IMG/VR virus record: IMGVR_UViG_3300017754_004896
Direction: 5' to 3' (one strand)
Length of the DNA stretch: 20,000 nt
Source of the DNA: an uncultured virus (IMG/VR IMGVR_UViG_3300017754_004896)
Taxonomy: Duplodnaviria; Heunggongvirae; Uroviricota; Caudoviricetes
Position numbers and translations under genes: made by a program. The stretch's first letter is position 1; every line of letters starts with the position of its first letter. This document shows, piece by piece, positions 8,183 through 15,735 of this stretch. The notes under the pieces were generated by a model, which searched no databases, was not told where the DNA came from, and saw only the letters and a list, made by a program, of their open reading frames with translations.

Positions 8183-11100
8183 GGCCCAGCTCGCGGTGCT
8201 GCGAGGAAAGAACCGGCTGCAGGACCTGGAGGCATGGGTTCAGGGGTTCGGGAAGGGAGACCCGAAGCGCGCCGAGCGCTACCTGGACGTCGTGCGTTCG
8301 TACTTCGGAGGGGCAGGAGCCGCCGCGCCGCAGGGAGAATGGCGAAGCTACGTCGGGGGAAAAAGCCCCCAAACGAAGAAGATATACCTGCACGCGATTA
8401 CTGAATTCTTCGAGTGGATATCCCGTCTGAAGGGGCGTGTTGTCTCCCCGGAGGACGTGACGCGCGCGGATGCGGCCGAATACGTGCAGTTCTTGTCAAA
8501 CCCTCGTCCCGGTATGGAGGCCGAGAAGGTAAAGGACGGGGACCGAAACTTCGACCGAAAAATCCTCGAGTACATCGAGAAGAAAGGGGAGGTCAGGTTT
8601 CACGAGCTTCTGCCCGTGCTCGCAAAGTGGAAAGGGAAAACCGACCAGCAGATTGCCGCGTTGATGGACATTGACCCAGCCAACGCCCAGGACTACGGGG
8701 TGGAGAGACGCTCCGAGTATCGTGGGATTCTAGGGCGGCTGGTAAACCAGCAGATTATAAAATGCACCCCTAGCGTGAGGACCCTTCGGAGGGAGAAATT
8801 CACTGAACACGGGGTGACACGATACCCTTACTCTCGATTGGGTATAAATCTCTGGGAAAAGGATGGGGTTCCTTTTGACTTCCTTTTCACATACGGTACC
8901 GTCGGGGAGCGGGTTGCCAAACGGTCAACGGTTGCGCTGAAAATCTCGGCGCTTTCGTCTTTCTGGGATGCACTATCCCAAGGGGAAAACAAGCCCGGGG
9001 GTGAACCTATTCTCAAGCACAATATCTGGAAGGAGCATGTCAAAATGCTCTCTTCGAGACTTCGTCAGGAGAAGAAGGACTCAGCATCGAAGAAGCTCCT
9101 GACAGCCGAAGAGATAGGGCAGTTGTTCGCCGCCCCGGTCAAGGACCTCGCTGGACTACGGGACCGAGCCATCATCTACCTACTTGCGTTCACCGGCATT
9201 CGCTCGAACGAGTTGCTCCAGCTGAAGCGGGGGACGCCGACGCAGCCGGAGAAGACCGCTGGCTGGTTCGAGGGAGGGGAAACACCCAAGATATTCGTCA
9301 CCAGAAAACGAGGAAGACGGGAGTACATACCCTACCCTCACATTGCCTTGCACCATCTGCAGATATTCCAGCGGGAGATGGCCGCGTTGGCCGCAAAAGA
9401 AGGCGACCAATGGGAGAACCCGCAGAACCCCAACTACATCCCTAGCGAGGACAAGCGCTGGTTGTACCAGGCGCTCGGGTTGCCCAGTGCTCCGCTGTTC
9501 CCGCTACTGGGTGCATGGGGACGCAACAAGGGGGTGACGGGGCGGGTAAGACACCTTTCGAGGTCGGGGTTATTCTTGCTGCTGCGGCGTGCCGCGCAGC
9601 GAGCAGGGTTTACAGAGCAGCAGGTCAAGAGGGTTCACCCGCACGCCTTCCGACACTTCTTTGCGACGACCGCGAGGGCTGGAGGCATGCCTATCCACGA
9701 GATACAGGCGCGCCTCGGGGTAACCAGCTTGACGACGCTTGAGGTGTACTTTGACGCGCCTCCTGAGGCTCAGACCCGTACCGCGGAAAGTGCGGTGCTT
9801 CGAGGGATGGGAGGAGCTTTCGGAGGAGGCGTCGAGCCCATACCCGAGCCCCCTCGAAGAGAGATCCAGGTGCCGCCGGAGAAGGTACCCGGGAAGCGCG
9901 CAGTGGGCGCCGAAGAGGTAATCGAGACCGTGGGAGAGCCTGCGCCGTTGGAGTCCCCGTTGGAGGTCGAGCCGGCACAGGTGCTGCCTCACGAGGGGTT
10001 CACCTTCTTCCGGGGGGTACCAGAGATGCCTCCCAACAAGCAAGCGGAGCCTCCCACAGTATTGCCGGTGCAGGTCGCCGCGGGGGAACTTGAGCGGGTG
10101 GACGAGCACGCGCGGAAAGCGCTTGTTGCAGAGAAGGCCCTCGTTAGCCTAGGCGCCCCCGAGTATTCCTACGAGGGGCTGCGGCAGCACGGAACGGGGG
10201 AGCTTATCTCTTTCACGTCTCGGAAGGATGAGAAGACAGGATTCAACCTTTCCCTTCCGCCTGACAAGCCGAAGTACCAGGGGAACAAGTTCCTGCTCGA
10301 GTACTACGACCCCTGGCCTCTCAACTACGGGGTGGGGCAGAGGTCGCTCTTGCCGTGGTTCTTCGTAGGGGGGGCACCGGACAAGTACGGGTTCTTTTCT
10401 GGCGCCGCCCCGCTGCCCGTATGGAGCCGGGACCAGCTTTGCCCAGATACTGAGACGGGGGAGCACTTCCTCGTCGAGATAGAGGCCCTTTACCTAAAGT
10501 ATCTGACCGGGGACGCGGAGAAGGGGCTATCAGCCAACCCAGCCCAGGCATACGGGCTGCTTCGCTGGTTCGGGTTCTTCGTGTATGCAGGGCACCGGCT
10601 GACGAAGTACTTCTATCTGCAGGACGAGCGCCCAGAGCCGGAAGAGGGCCTGAACACGGTTCTAAGCTGGCATCCTTGGGCTTCTGACATCCCGCTTACT
10701 AAAGGGGAGAAGAACATAAGGGAGCACGACGAAAGGTGGCTGTTAGACTGGCTAGGTCGAAACGCACATACCTATAAGACATCCCTTAGAGAGTACAGAA
10801 ACGTGGCTCGCAAGGAGTCAGGGGACCAGTGGCTGCTGGCTACCCTTGAAGGGGTAAGCCTGGTTGAGACATCGCTGCCGGCATGGTTTGCCGAGGACGA
10901 CCCGCTGGCGTTACCGGAGGAGGAATGGGGAACGTTCGTCCGGTGGCTCGCCAATATCACGGGCAAGCGGTTCACCATGAAGCGGCAGGAGTCTCGGATG
11001 CAGACGGCGGCGTTGTCCGCGTCCAAGCAGCAAGCCAAACGTGCGCAGGTCGAGAAGGCCTTGCTGCTGTTCTTCGAGGCGAACACGGAATTTTACGAGG

Positions 11101-12359
11101 CAGAGAAGCTCCGGGACACCTCGGCGCAGGACGAAGCAGCCCAGACGATGCGTGCGGCGCTCGCGTCCTACATCGGGATCACGGTTGGCCTCGAGAAGCT
11201 ATCCAAGGACGAACAGAAGGTGATGTTCGCCGAGCGAGTGAAAATGGACACCTTCGTTCGCGTTTTCCAAGGGGTAGCGGAGCGGCTGAAGGTGCCCAAC
11301 CCTCTCTCGAAGGAGTGGAGGGAGCATCCACGAGTTGCACAGCGCGCCGTCGAGATGGTGAACCGGTTGTACCCTCAGGTGAACGAAGAGGACGTACTTC
11401 TGAGCGGCAACGTAGTGGCCGACAGTGAACTTTTCTCCCAGTTGGAGCTCGACCCGGATACTCGCAAGGTGGGGGTGAAGGAGGAATACCGGGAAGATTT
11501 CATCGAGAAGTTTGGGCAGGATCCAGAGCTGCTTCTTCGCCGGGCGCTTCGCGGGATGTGGGAGGCCGCGAAGGAAGAGGCCAAGAAGAAGGGTAAAGAG
11601 GTCCAGGCGGCAGGGAAGACGACGGAGGTTCGGGAACGCAGCTACAATGTCATGCTCTCTTACCTGTCTTGGATCATACCTTCAGGGAAAGAGATGGAGC
11701 GGCGCGCGTTTGACATGCCCGACGTGGGCAAGAGCCTTTTCAGGCGGTTGCCAAAGCAAGCCGAGTCAGGGGGAGCTCGCACGACCCGCAGTTACGAGCA
11801 ACTGACCGACGAAGAGCGCATGTTCCTCCGGCTTGAGTGGATCCGGAAGTACCAGGAAAACATCGCCTCAATTGCTCAGGGGGACCGGTACTGGCAAGAA
11901 GAGCAGCAATACTGGCTGGAGGCAGAGCAGGAGCCCGAAGAGGAGGGTCGCTGGGGAGGACGCGTCGGTGTCCTCAGCATGCAGCGCAAGGCGGGTGGTA
12001 CTACGCCGAACCCTCCAAATCGGCTATCAGATATCGGCGTAGCCGTGGCTGCATACGACTTGATGCTGGTTGCGTCAATCGAGGGCAGCACGGATGCTTC
12101 GGAAAAGGTCCGAAAGCAGGACCTGGCCGGCGGACGCGCCACCGGTCGCACGATGCGTCGCAACGGGGCGTATCAAGACTATGTGTACTCCGAGGCCGAC
12201 ACAGAGGAGACCGGTCGCTGGCATCGCTCCATGACCCCCAATGGACGGAAGGTGCTGCTCTCCGAGTCCGTGGTGGAGCGCGTGCTCGACTCCGTCTACG
12301 TCCCCACGATGCTGCTCCCGAGCCCCTTCCGGCAGATCATTGCAACGACGCTGGTTTGA
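8181..12359 (+). CDS. Giant tyrosine recombinase/integrase-domain protein (~1390 aa) with long unknown C-terminal extension
   Basis: Core-binding helices (SPQTKKIYLHAITEFFEW; AKRSTVALKISALSSFW); RDRAIIYLLAFTGIRSNEL (R at 9201); HPHAFRHFFAT (H 9642, R 9651); LGVTSLTTLEVY (Y at 9747). Start uncertain (ATG 8181 or GTG 8196). Confidence 0.9.
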   Translation: MAQLAVLRGKNRLQDLEAWVQGFGKGDPKRAERYLDVVRSYFGGAGAAAPQGEWRSYVGGKSPQTKKIYLHAITEFFEWISRLKGRVVSPEDVTRADAAEYVQFLSNPRPGMEAEKVKDGDRNFDRKILEYIEKKGEVRFHELLPVLAKWKGKTDQQIAALMDIDPANAQDYGVERRSEYRGILGRLVNQQIIKCTPSVRTLRREKFTEHGVTRYPYSRLGINLWEKDGVPFDFLFTYGTVGERVAKRSTVALKISALSSFWDALSQGENKPGGEPILKHNIWKEHVKMLSSRLRQEKKDSASKKLLTAEEIGQLFAAPVKDLAGLRDRAIIYLLAFTGIRSNELLQLKRGTPTQPEKTAGWFEGGETPKIFVTRKRGRREYIPYPHIALHHLQIFQREMAALAAKEGDQWENPQNPNYIPSEDKRWLYQALGLPSAPLFPLLGAWGRNKGVTGRVRHLSRSGLFLLLRRAAQRAGFTEQQVKRVHPHAFRHFFATTARAGGMPIHEIQARLGVTSLTTLEVYFDAPPEAQTRTAESAVLRGMGGAFGGGVEPIPEPPRREIQVPPEKVPGKRAVGAEEVIETVGEPAPLESPLEVEPAQVLPHEGFTFFRGVPEMPPNKQAEPPTVLPVQVAAGELERVDEHARKALVAEKALVSLGAPEYSYEGLRQHGTGELISFTSRKDEKTGFNLSLPPDKPKYQGNKFLLEYYDPWPLNYGVGQRSLLPWFFVGGAPDKYGFFSGAAPLPVWSRDQLCPDTETGEHFLVEIEALYLKYLTGDAEKGLSANPAQAYGLLRWFGFFVYAGHRLTKYFYLQDERPEPEEGLNTVLSWHPWASDIPLTKGEKNIREHDERWLLDWLGRNAHTYKTSLREYRNVARKESGDQWLLATLEGVSLVETSLPAWFAEDDPLALPEEEWGTFVRWLANITGKRFTMKRQESRMQTAALSASKQQAKRAQVEKALLLFFEANTEFYEAEKLRDTSAQDEAAQTMRAALASYIGITVGLEKLSKDEQKVMFAERVKMDTFVRVFQGVAERLKVPNPLSKEWREHPRVAQRAVEMVNRLYPQVNEEDVLLSGNVVADSELFSQLELDPDTRKVGVKEEYREDFIEKFGQDPELLLRRALRGMWEAAKEEAKKKGKEVQAAGKTTEVRERSYNVMLSYLSWIIPSGKEMERRAFDMPDVGKSLFRRLPKQAESGGARTTRSYEQLTDEERMFLRLEWIRKYQENIASIAQGDRYWQEEQQYWLEAEQEPEEEGRWGGRVGVLSMQRKAGGTTPNPPNRLSDIGVAVAAYDLMLVASIEGSTDASEKVRKQDLAGGRATGRTMRRNGAYQDYVYSEADTEETGRWHRSMTPNGRKVLLSESVVERVLDSVYVPTMLLPSPFRQIIATTLV

Positions 12360-12361
12360 CC

Positions 12362-12432
12362 AAAGTAGAAAGCCGCCGGTTCGACGGCGGCTTTCTTGAT
12401 GGTCAGAGAGGAAGGAGATTCTGCGACCATAC
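12362..12432 (-). ncRNA. Candidate small RNA A (~70 nt): anti-SD-like hairpin plus terminator
   Basis: ATGGTC...GACCAT stem (12399-12430) enclosing AUCUCCUUCC on -, followed by the 12367-12396 terminator; preceded by GTGCTAT (12437-12443). Confidence 0.35.
12367..12396. terminator. Bidirectional intrinsic terminator
   Basis: Perfect 12-bp stem AGAAAGCCGCCG / CGGCGGCTTTCT with loop GTTCGA, 7 nt after the recombinase stop, between convergent units; T-rich 3' side on both strands. Confidence 0.85.
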
Positions 12433-12462
12433 TTTGATAGCACGTTTCTTCGACGGCGCACC

Positions 12463-12500
12463 AAAAAAGAAAACCCCCGGCACCATTGCCGAGGGTTCTC
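12463..12500 (-). terminator. Intrinsic terminator on the minus strand
   Basis: GAGAACCCTCGGCA-ATGG-TGCCGGGGGTTTTC followed by TTTTTT. Both stem mismatches are G-U wobbles only on the minus strand. Confidence 0.85.
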
Positions 12501-12540
12501 CCCTAACCATGACCGGAAATTGGGGTTTTCCGTTCCCCCC
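12463..12540 (-). ncRNA. Candidate small RNA B (~75 nt): C-rich loop hairpin plus terminator
   Basis: CGGAAA-ACCCCAA-TTTCCG hairpin (12514-12532), then the terminator; preceded by TTGCCC...GTGCTAT (12545-12551). Could instead be the 3' UTR of the SGNH gene. Confidence 0.3.
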
Positions 12541-12586
12541 TCCAATAGCACTTCCCTTCGGAGGGGCAAGAAGAAAGTTTCGGCCT

Positions 12587-13258
12587 CTATGCGGCGCCGC
12601 CCCGAAGCCATTGCCAGACGGCCCCGGCCCACCCTGCGTAACCTTTGGGCGTGGCGTGGATCCCGTCGAATTGTGGGATGTCGAGCAGGGAGCTGTCGAA
12701 GTAGGGGACGTCTAAGCCAGCAACCGTCTCGCGCATCGCCTTGATGATTTCGGGGCGCAGGGTGCTGTTGACGTACCGCGCCGGAAGCTTCGGAGGACCT
12801 ATCCAAATCACAGAGGCGCCGGCCGCTCGAAGCGCGGCGACGAGGTCTTTCACGCTCTGCACGATGGTAGCGGCGTCTACGGTGCCGAAGGCTTCATTGG
12901 TGCCGAAAGAAACGAGCACCAGAGAGGGCTTGTATTCGTCGAGGGTCTTTCGCAGGGTCGTGCTGCAGTTGCTCGTGGGGAAGCAGCTGCCGCAACCTCC
13001 CGCATACCGAGGGTTCGTGTATTGAAAGCACGCGGTCCCCCCGCAAGCGATAGCTCCGAAGGAGGCATCGAGCGCCTTTTCGTCGAGTACCAGCGCTTTC
13101 AGCGGCGTGGCGAGACCTACCCCCAAGCTATCGCCCATCACGAGCACCCGTTCGCCTTTGCGCACCGTAGGGCGTTTGGAGGCGGGAGTGACGGCGGTGG
13201 CTAGGCCTACTCCGGCTACAATCACCAGGCCGGCAAGGATCCAGTCTCTGTGACTCAT
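12587..13258 (-). CDS. SGNH/GDSL-family hydrolase with N-terminal membrane anchor (223 aa)
   Basis: Block I GDSLG, block III FGTNE, block V DGIH(ATPKGY); N-terminal WILAGLVIVAGVGLATAV; start reassigned to ATG 13258. Confidence 0.9.
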   Translation of the reverse strand: MSHRDWILAGLVIVAGVGLATAVTPASKRPTVRKGERVLVMGDSLGVGLATPLKALVLDEKALDASFGAIACGGTACFQYTNPRYAGGCGSCFPTSNCSTTLRKTLDEYKPSLVLVSFGTNEAFGTVDAATIVQSVKDLVAALRAAGASVIWIGPPKLPARYVNSTLRPEIIKAMRETVAGLDVPYFDSSLLDIPQFDGIHATPKGYAGWAGAVWQWLRGGAA

Positions 13259-13266
13259 GAGGAAGC

Positions 13267-13276
13267 ATGGTATCAT
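13267..13276. promoter_or_regulatory. Putative bidirectional extended -10 element ATGGTATCAT
   Basis: Reads TG-G-TATCAT on + (10 nt before ATG 13287) and TG-A-TACCAT on - (8 nt before ATG 13258), inside a 28-bp divergent intergenic gap. Confidence 0.65.
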
Positions 13277-13286
13277 ATCTGGCGTC

Positions 13287-13997
13287 ATGGCTGCCAGTTG
13301 CCCAGGATATGCGTCGTGGGAGACCCTCCCGAACTTCCAAACCCGCGTGACCTATCAAGGACAGACCTACATCCCGGTGTTCACGGGCGCTACCGCTTCG
13401 GAGAAGACCTTCATCGCACGCCTCCAGGAAGCATGGGCGAAGTACGGAGACATGATTACCCGTGCGACGGAGGGAACCGGCTTCCCTATCCCGTGGTTCA
13501 TGGGGATTCTCTGCGCGGAGAGCTTGGGCAACATCAATGCCTGTGCTCCTTGCGGCAAGGAAAACGGGTGTGGTCTGACTAACTGCACTCAGTGCTGCGC
13601 GTTCGGCATCATGCAGATCATAGACAGCACCGCACGAGCCTACGGGGGCGTGACGGGGGCTTCTCTCCTCGGTAATCCAGAGCTTTCGTTCAAGGTAGCC
13701 GCGAAGCTGTTCGTGTCTATCGTCTCGCGATACGGCATGAACTTGCCGATGATCGCAGGGGCTTATAATTCCGGAGGGTTTACTTGCAGGCAATTCTCGT
13801 CCCCGAACATGTTCGGCAACATCGAGAACAACGGGTACACCCAAAGGGTAGTAACTTTCGCAAATACCGCGGTGGCGTTGGGTATCGGTACAGGTGCTTC
13901 CGGTACGGCGTCAGCACGCACGGCCCCCGCAACCATTGTAGGGGGGCTACTAGTAGCAGGGTCGGCGTTGGCCCTGATGTGGCATTGGAGACGCTGA
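13287..13997 (+). CDS. Lytic transglycosylase (SLT family 1) with Cys-rich insert and C-terminal TM anchor (236 aa)
   Basis: Motifs AESLGN (catalytic E), FGIMQI, AYNSG, GYTQRV; C-terminal IVGGLLVAGSALALMWHWRR; start reassigned to ATG 13287. Confidence 0.9.
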   Translation: MAASCPGYASWETLPNFQTRVTYQGQTYIPVFTGATASEKTFIARLQEAWAKYGDMITRATEGTGFPIPWFMGILCAESLGNINACAPCGKENGCGLTNCTQCCAFGIMQIIDSTARAYGGVTGASLLGNPELSFKVAAKLFVSIVSRYGMNLPMIAGAYNSGGFTCRQFSSPNMFGNIENNGYTQRVVTFANTAVALGIGTGASGTASARTAPATIVGGLLVAGSALALMWHWRR

Positions 13998-14003
13998 ACC
14001 ACC

Positions 14004-14234
14004 ATGTACTATATCTGGGAGCTAACCGACAAGTTCACTCTGCGCTTCGACGTCCCCACAGGGCAGGCCTTTACCTTCTACGACGCGAAAACCGCCGCTA
14101 GAATAGCTGCCACCATGGGCTCGAGGCATCGCATGGTGACGAAGGGCAAAGGACCGAACGCCGAGATTCTTCGTATCTATCGCAAGAAGACGGGGGAGAA
14201 AATCTACCCTAAGCCTAACAAGAACGCGCACTAG
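14004..14234 (+). CDS. Small basic hypothetical protein (76 aa)
   Basis: Fills the gap between the SLT stop and the convergent GT stop; Lys/Arg-rich C-terminal half. Confidence 0.7.
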   Translation: MYYIWELTDKFTLRFDVPTGQAFTFYDAKTAARIAATMGSRHRMVTKGKGPNAEILRIYRKKTGEKIYPKPNKNAH

Positions 14235-14237
14235 TCT

Positions 14238-15041
14238 TTAGGGGGGTGGAGGCCTTCGGCCCCGAATCGGTTTGAGACCGTTCACCATGTCATAGTCTAC
14301 TTCTTCGCCCAGGTACATGACATGCAGCCCCCATTGCTGGGCGCGGGCAACGGCATCTCGCTTGTAGGCGTGGGATTCGCCGCGGCGCTCCCAGAGGAAG
14401 TGGAAGGGGCTGGTGCAGTACAGGTGCCCCCCTCGAGACTCGACTTCAAGCACGAAGTGAACGTCTTCGGCAACGGGTTGCTCCCGGAACCGTCTCACCT
14501 TGGCCAGGTCGAAGCTTTGGACGCCCCCTGAGCACCAGGCATACTTCGTGTGGGCCACATACCGGTTGAGCAACCAAAACCCTCGGTCGTCTACGATGAA
14601 ATGTTGGCACTTGCCTACGATATCGTGTTCCCCGCCGGCTAGGACCAGCATCTGCTCTTCGAGGTAGCCTGGCCCATAGTAATCGTCGTCGTCGAAAACC
14701 GAGACGAAGAGAGAGTCTTCCCCGAGTTCCTTTCGCAAGAAGTCGAGGGCCACATTCTTCGCCGCCCCTGCCGACCTAGCGTTGGGGGCTTGAAGTACAT
14801 GCCCCGAGCCTGTCCAGCACCCGAGGGCCCGCCCATTTTCGACGATGAGCAGGTCCTTGTAGGGGTACCTTTGCCGAAGGAAGCCATCCAACACCGCTTG
14901 GCAGCGCTCGGGGCGCGAGAAGGGGACGATCACCGTAACAGGAGGAGGGGCTCCTGGTGGCGAAGAATACCCAAAGGATAGTTCAGTTGAGTCCGAGCAG
15001 CTGGTTGACCGTGCGTTGTCGAGGTCCCTGATGCTGTTCAT
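14238..15041 (-). CDS. GT-A fold glycosyltransferase (GT2-like) (267 aa)
   Basis: VTVIVPFSRP, QRYPYKDLLIVENG, GAAKN, FDDDDYYGPGYL (DxD), AEDVHF; GGAGG upstream of ATG 15041. Confidence 0.85.
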   Translation of the reverse strand: MNSIRDLDNARSTSCSDSTELSFGYSSPPGAPPPVTVIVPFSRPERCQAVLDGFLRQRYPYKDLLIVENGRALGCWTGSGHVLQAPNARSAGAAKNVALDFLRKELGEDSLFVSVFDDDDYYGPGYLEEQMLVLAGGEHDIVGKCQHFIVDDRGFWLLNRYVAHTKYAWCSGGVQSFDLAKVRRFREQPVAEDVHFVLEVESRGGHLYCTSPFHFLWERRGESHAYKRDAVARAQQWGLHVMYLGEEVDYDMVNGLKPIRGRRPPPP

Positions 15042-15732
15042 AGCCCAATGTCCTCCCCACGTACTTGCGGAATCGAGCGTCCAAGTGGTCCAGTGTCGTG
15101 GAGAACTGGGCGCGAATGTCCTTGTTTTGATAGTACCTCAGCCGGAGCTCGTCCGGGTGAGGGATGGCGTCCACCATCCGAGACTGTATCAGTGAGACGG
15201 GCATCAGAGAGGGCTCCAGCCCCGCCAAAAAGAACAGCCGCAGTCGGAGGTCGATGTCCTCGTGACCGTAGGTGGCCCCGAAGGAGGTATCGTATCCTCC
15301 AACCGCGGCGAAGGCGCTCGACGGCACCAGGAGCAGCCCCACGAGCTGCTTGAAAGTTTGCCCTTGGGGGTCTCGTCCTGGCGTGATGAGCTGCCGGCCG
15401 GGGTCTCGATTCAGCGACAACCAGCCGAGGGCCGGCGGGTGCAAGATGGTGTCGGCGTCGGCGAAGAGCAGATACTTGTATCCGGCTTCGATAGCGCACT
15501 TGGCCCCCAAGTTCGCGGCCCGGGTTTTCTCGAACCCCTTGGCCTCGGTCCTAATGACCCTGGCCTGGGGGAACGTCTCCTTTAGCCATTCCCCCGACTG
15601 CTCAGGGCAGCCCCAGTCTACTAGGTGATACCCGATAGGCACAGGCGGCGACGCCCCGAGCAACAGCGGCGCGGTTCGCCGAAGGTGCTCGAGGCGGCCT
15701 TTGCAGGTAACTATGACGGCAACCGCGTCCAC
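14983..15732 (-). CDS. GT-A fold glycosyltransferase (GT2 / galactosyltransferase-like C-terminus) (249 aa)
   Basis: LVDWGC, RAANLG, LLFADAD (DxD), VGGYDTSFGATYGHEDIDLRLRL; start reassigned to GTG 15732, with GAGGA supplied by the adjacent repeat unit. Confidence 0.85.
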   Translation of the reverse strand: MDAVAVIVTCKGRLEHLRRTAPLLLGASPPVPIGYHLVDWGCPEQSGEWLKETFPQARVIRTEAKGFEKTRAANLGAKCAIEAGYKYLLFADADTILHPPALGWLSLNRDPGRQLITPGRDPQGQTFKQLVGLLLVPSSAFAAVGGYDTSFGATYGHEDIDLRLRLFFLAGLEPSLMPVSLIQSRMVDAIPHPDELRLRYYQNKDIRAQFSTTLDHLDARFRKYVGRTLGYEQHQGPRQRTVNQLLGLN

Positions 15733-15735
15733 TGA

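Noticed and set aside
8181..12359. Calling the recombinase xerC/xerD or an integron integrase
   Set aside because: About four times too long, in a non-chromosomal context, with no attC-like cassette array; no gene symbol is justified.
11837..12806. ORFs 11837-12715(+) and 12075-12806(-) spanning the intergenic region
   Set aside because: They overlap two well-supported genes, run through terminators and have no protein-like motif.
3881..14006. Kozak-like contexts (GCCGCCATG at 3881 and 4233, ACCACCATG at 13998) suggesting a eukaryotic virus
   Set aside because: Stop-start overlaps, SD sites, extended -10 boxes, intrinsic terminators, lipoboxes and a peptidoglycan hydrolase all point to a bacterial host; ccATG is common in GC-rich DNA.
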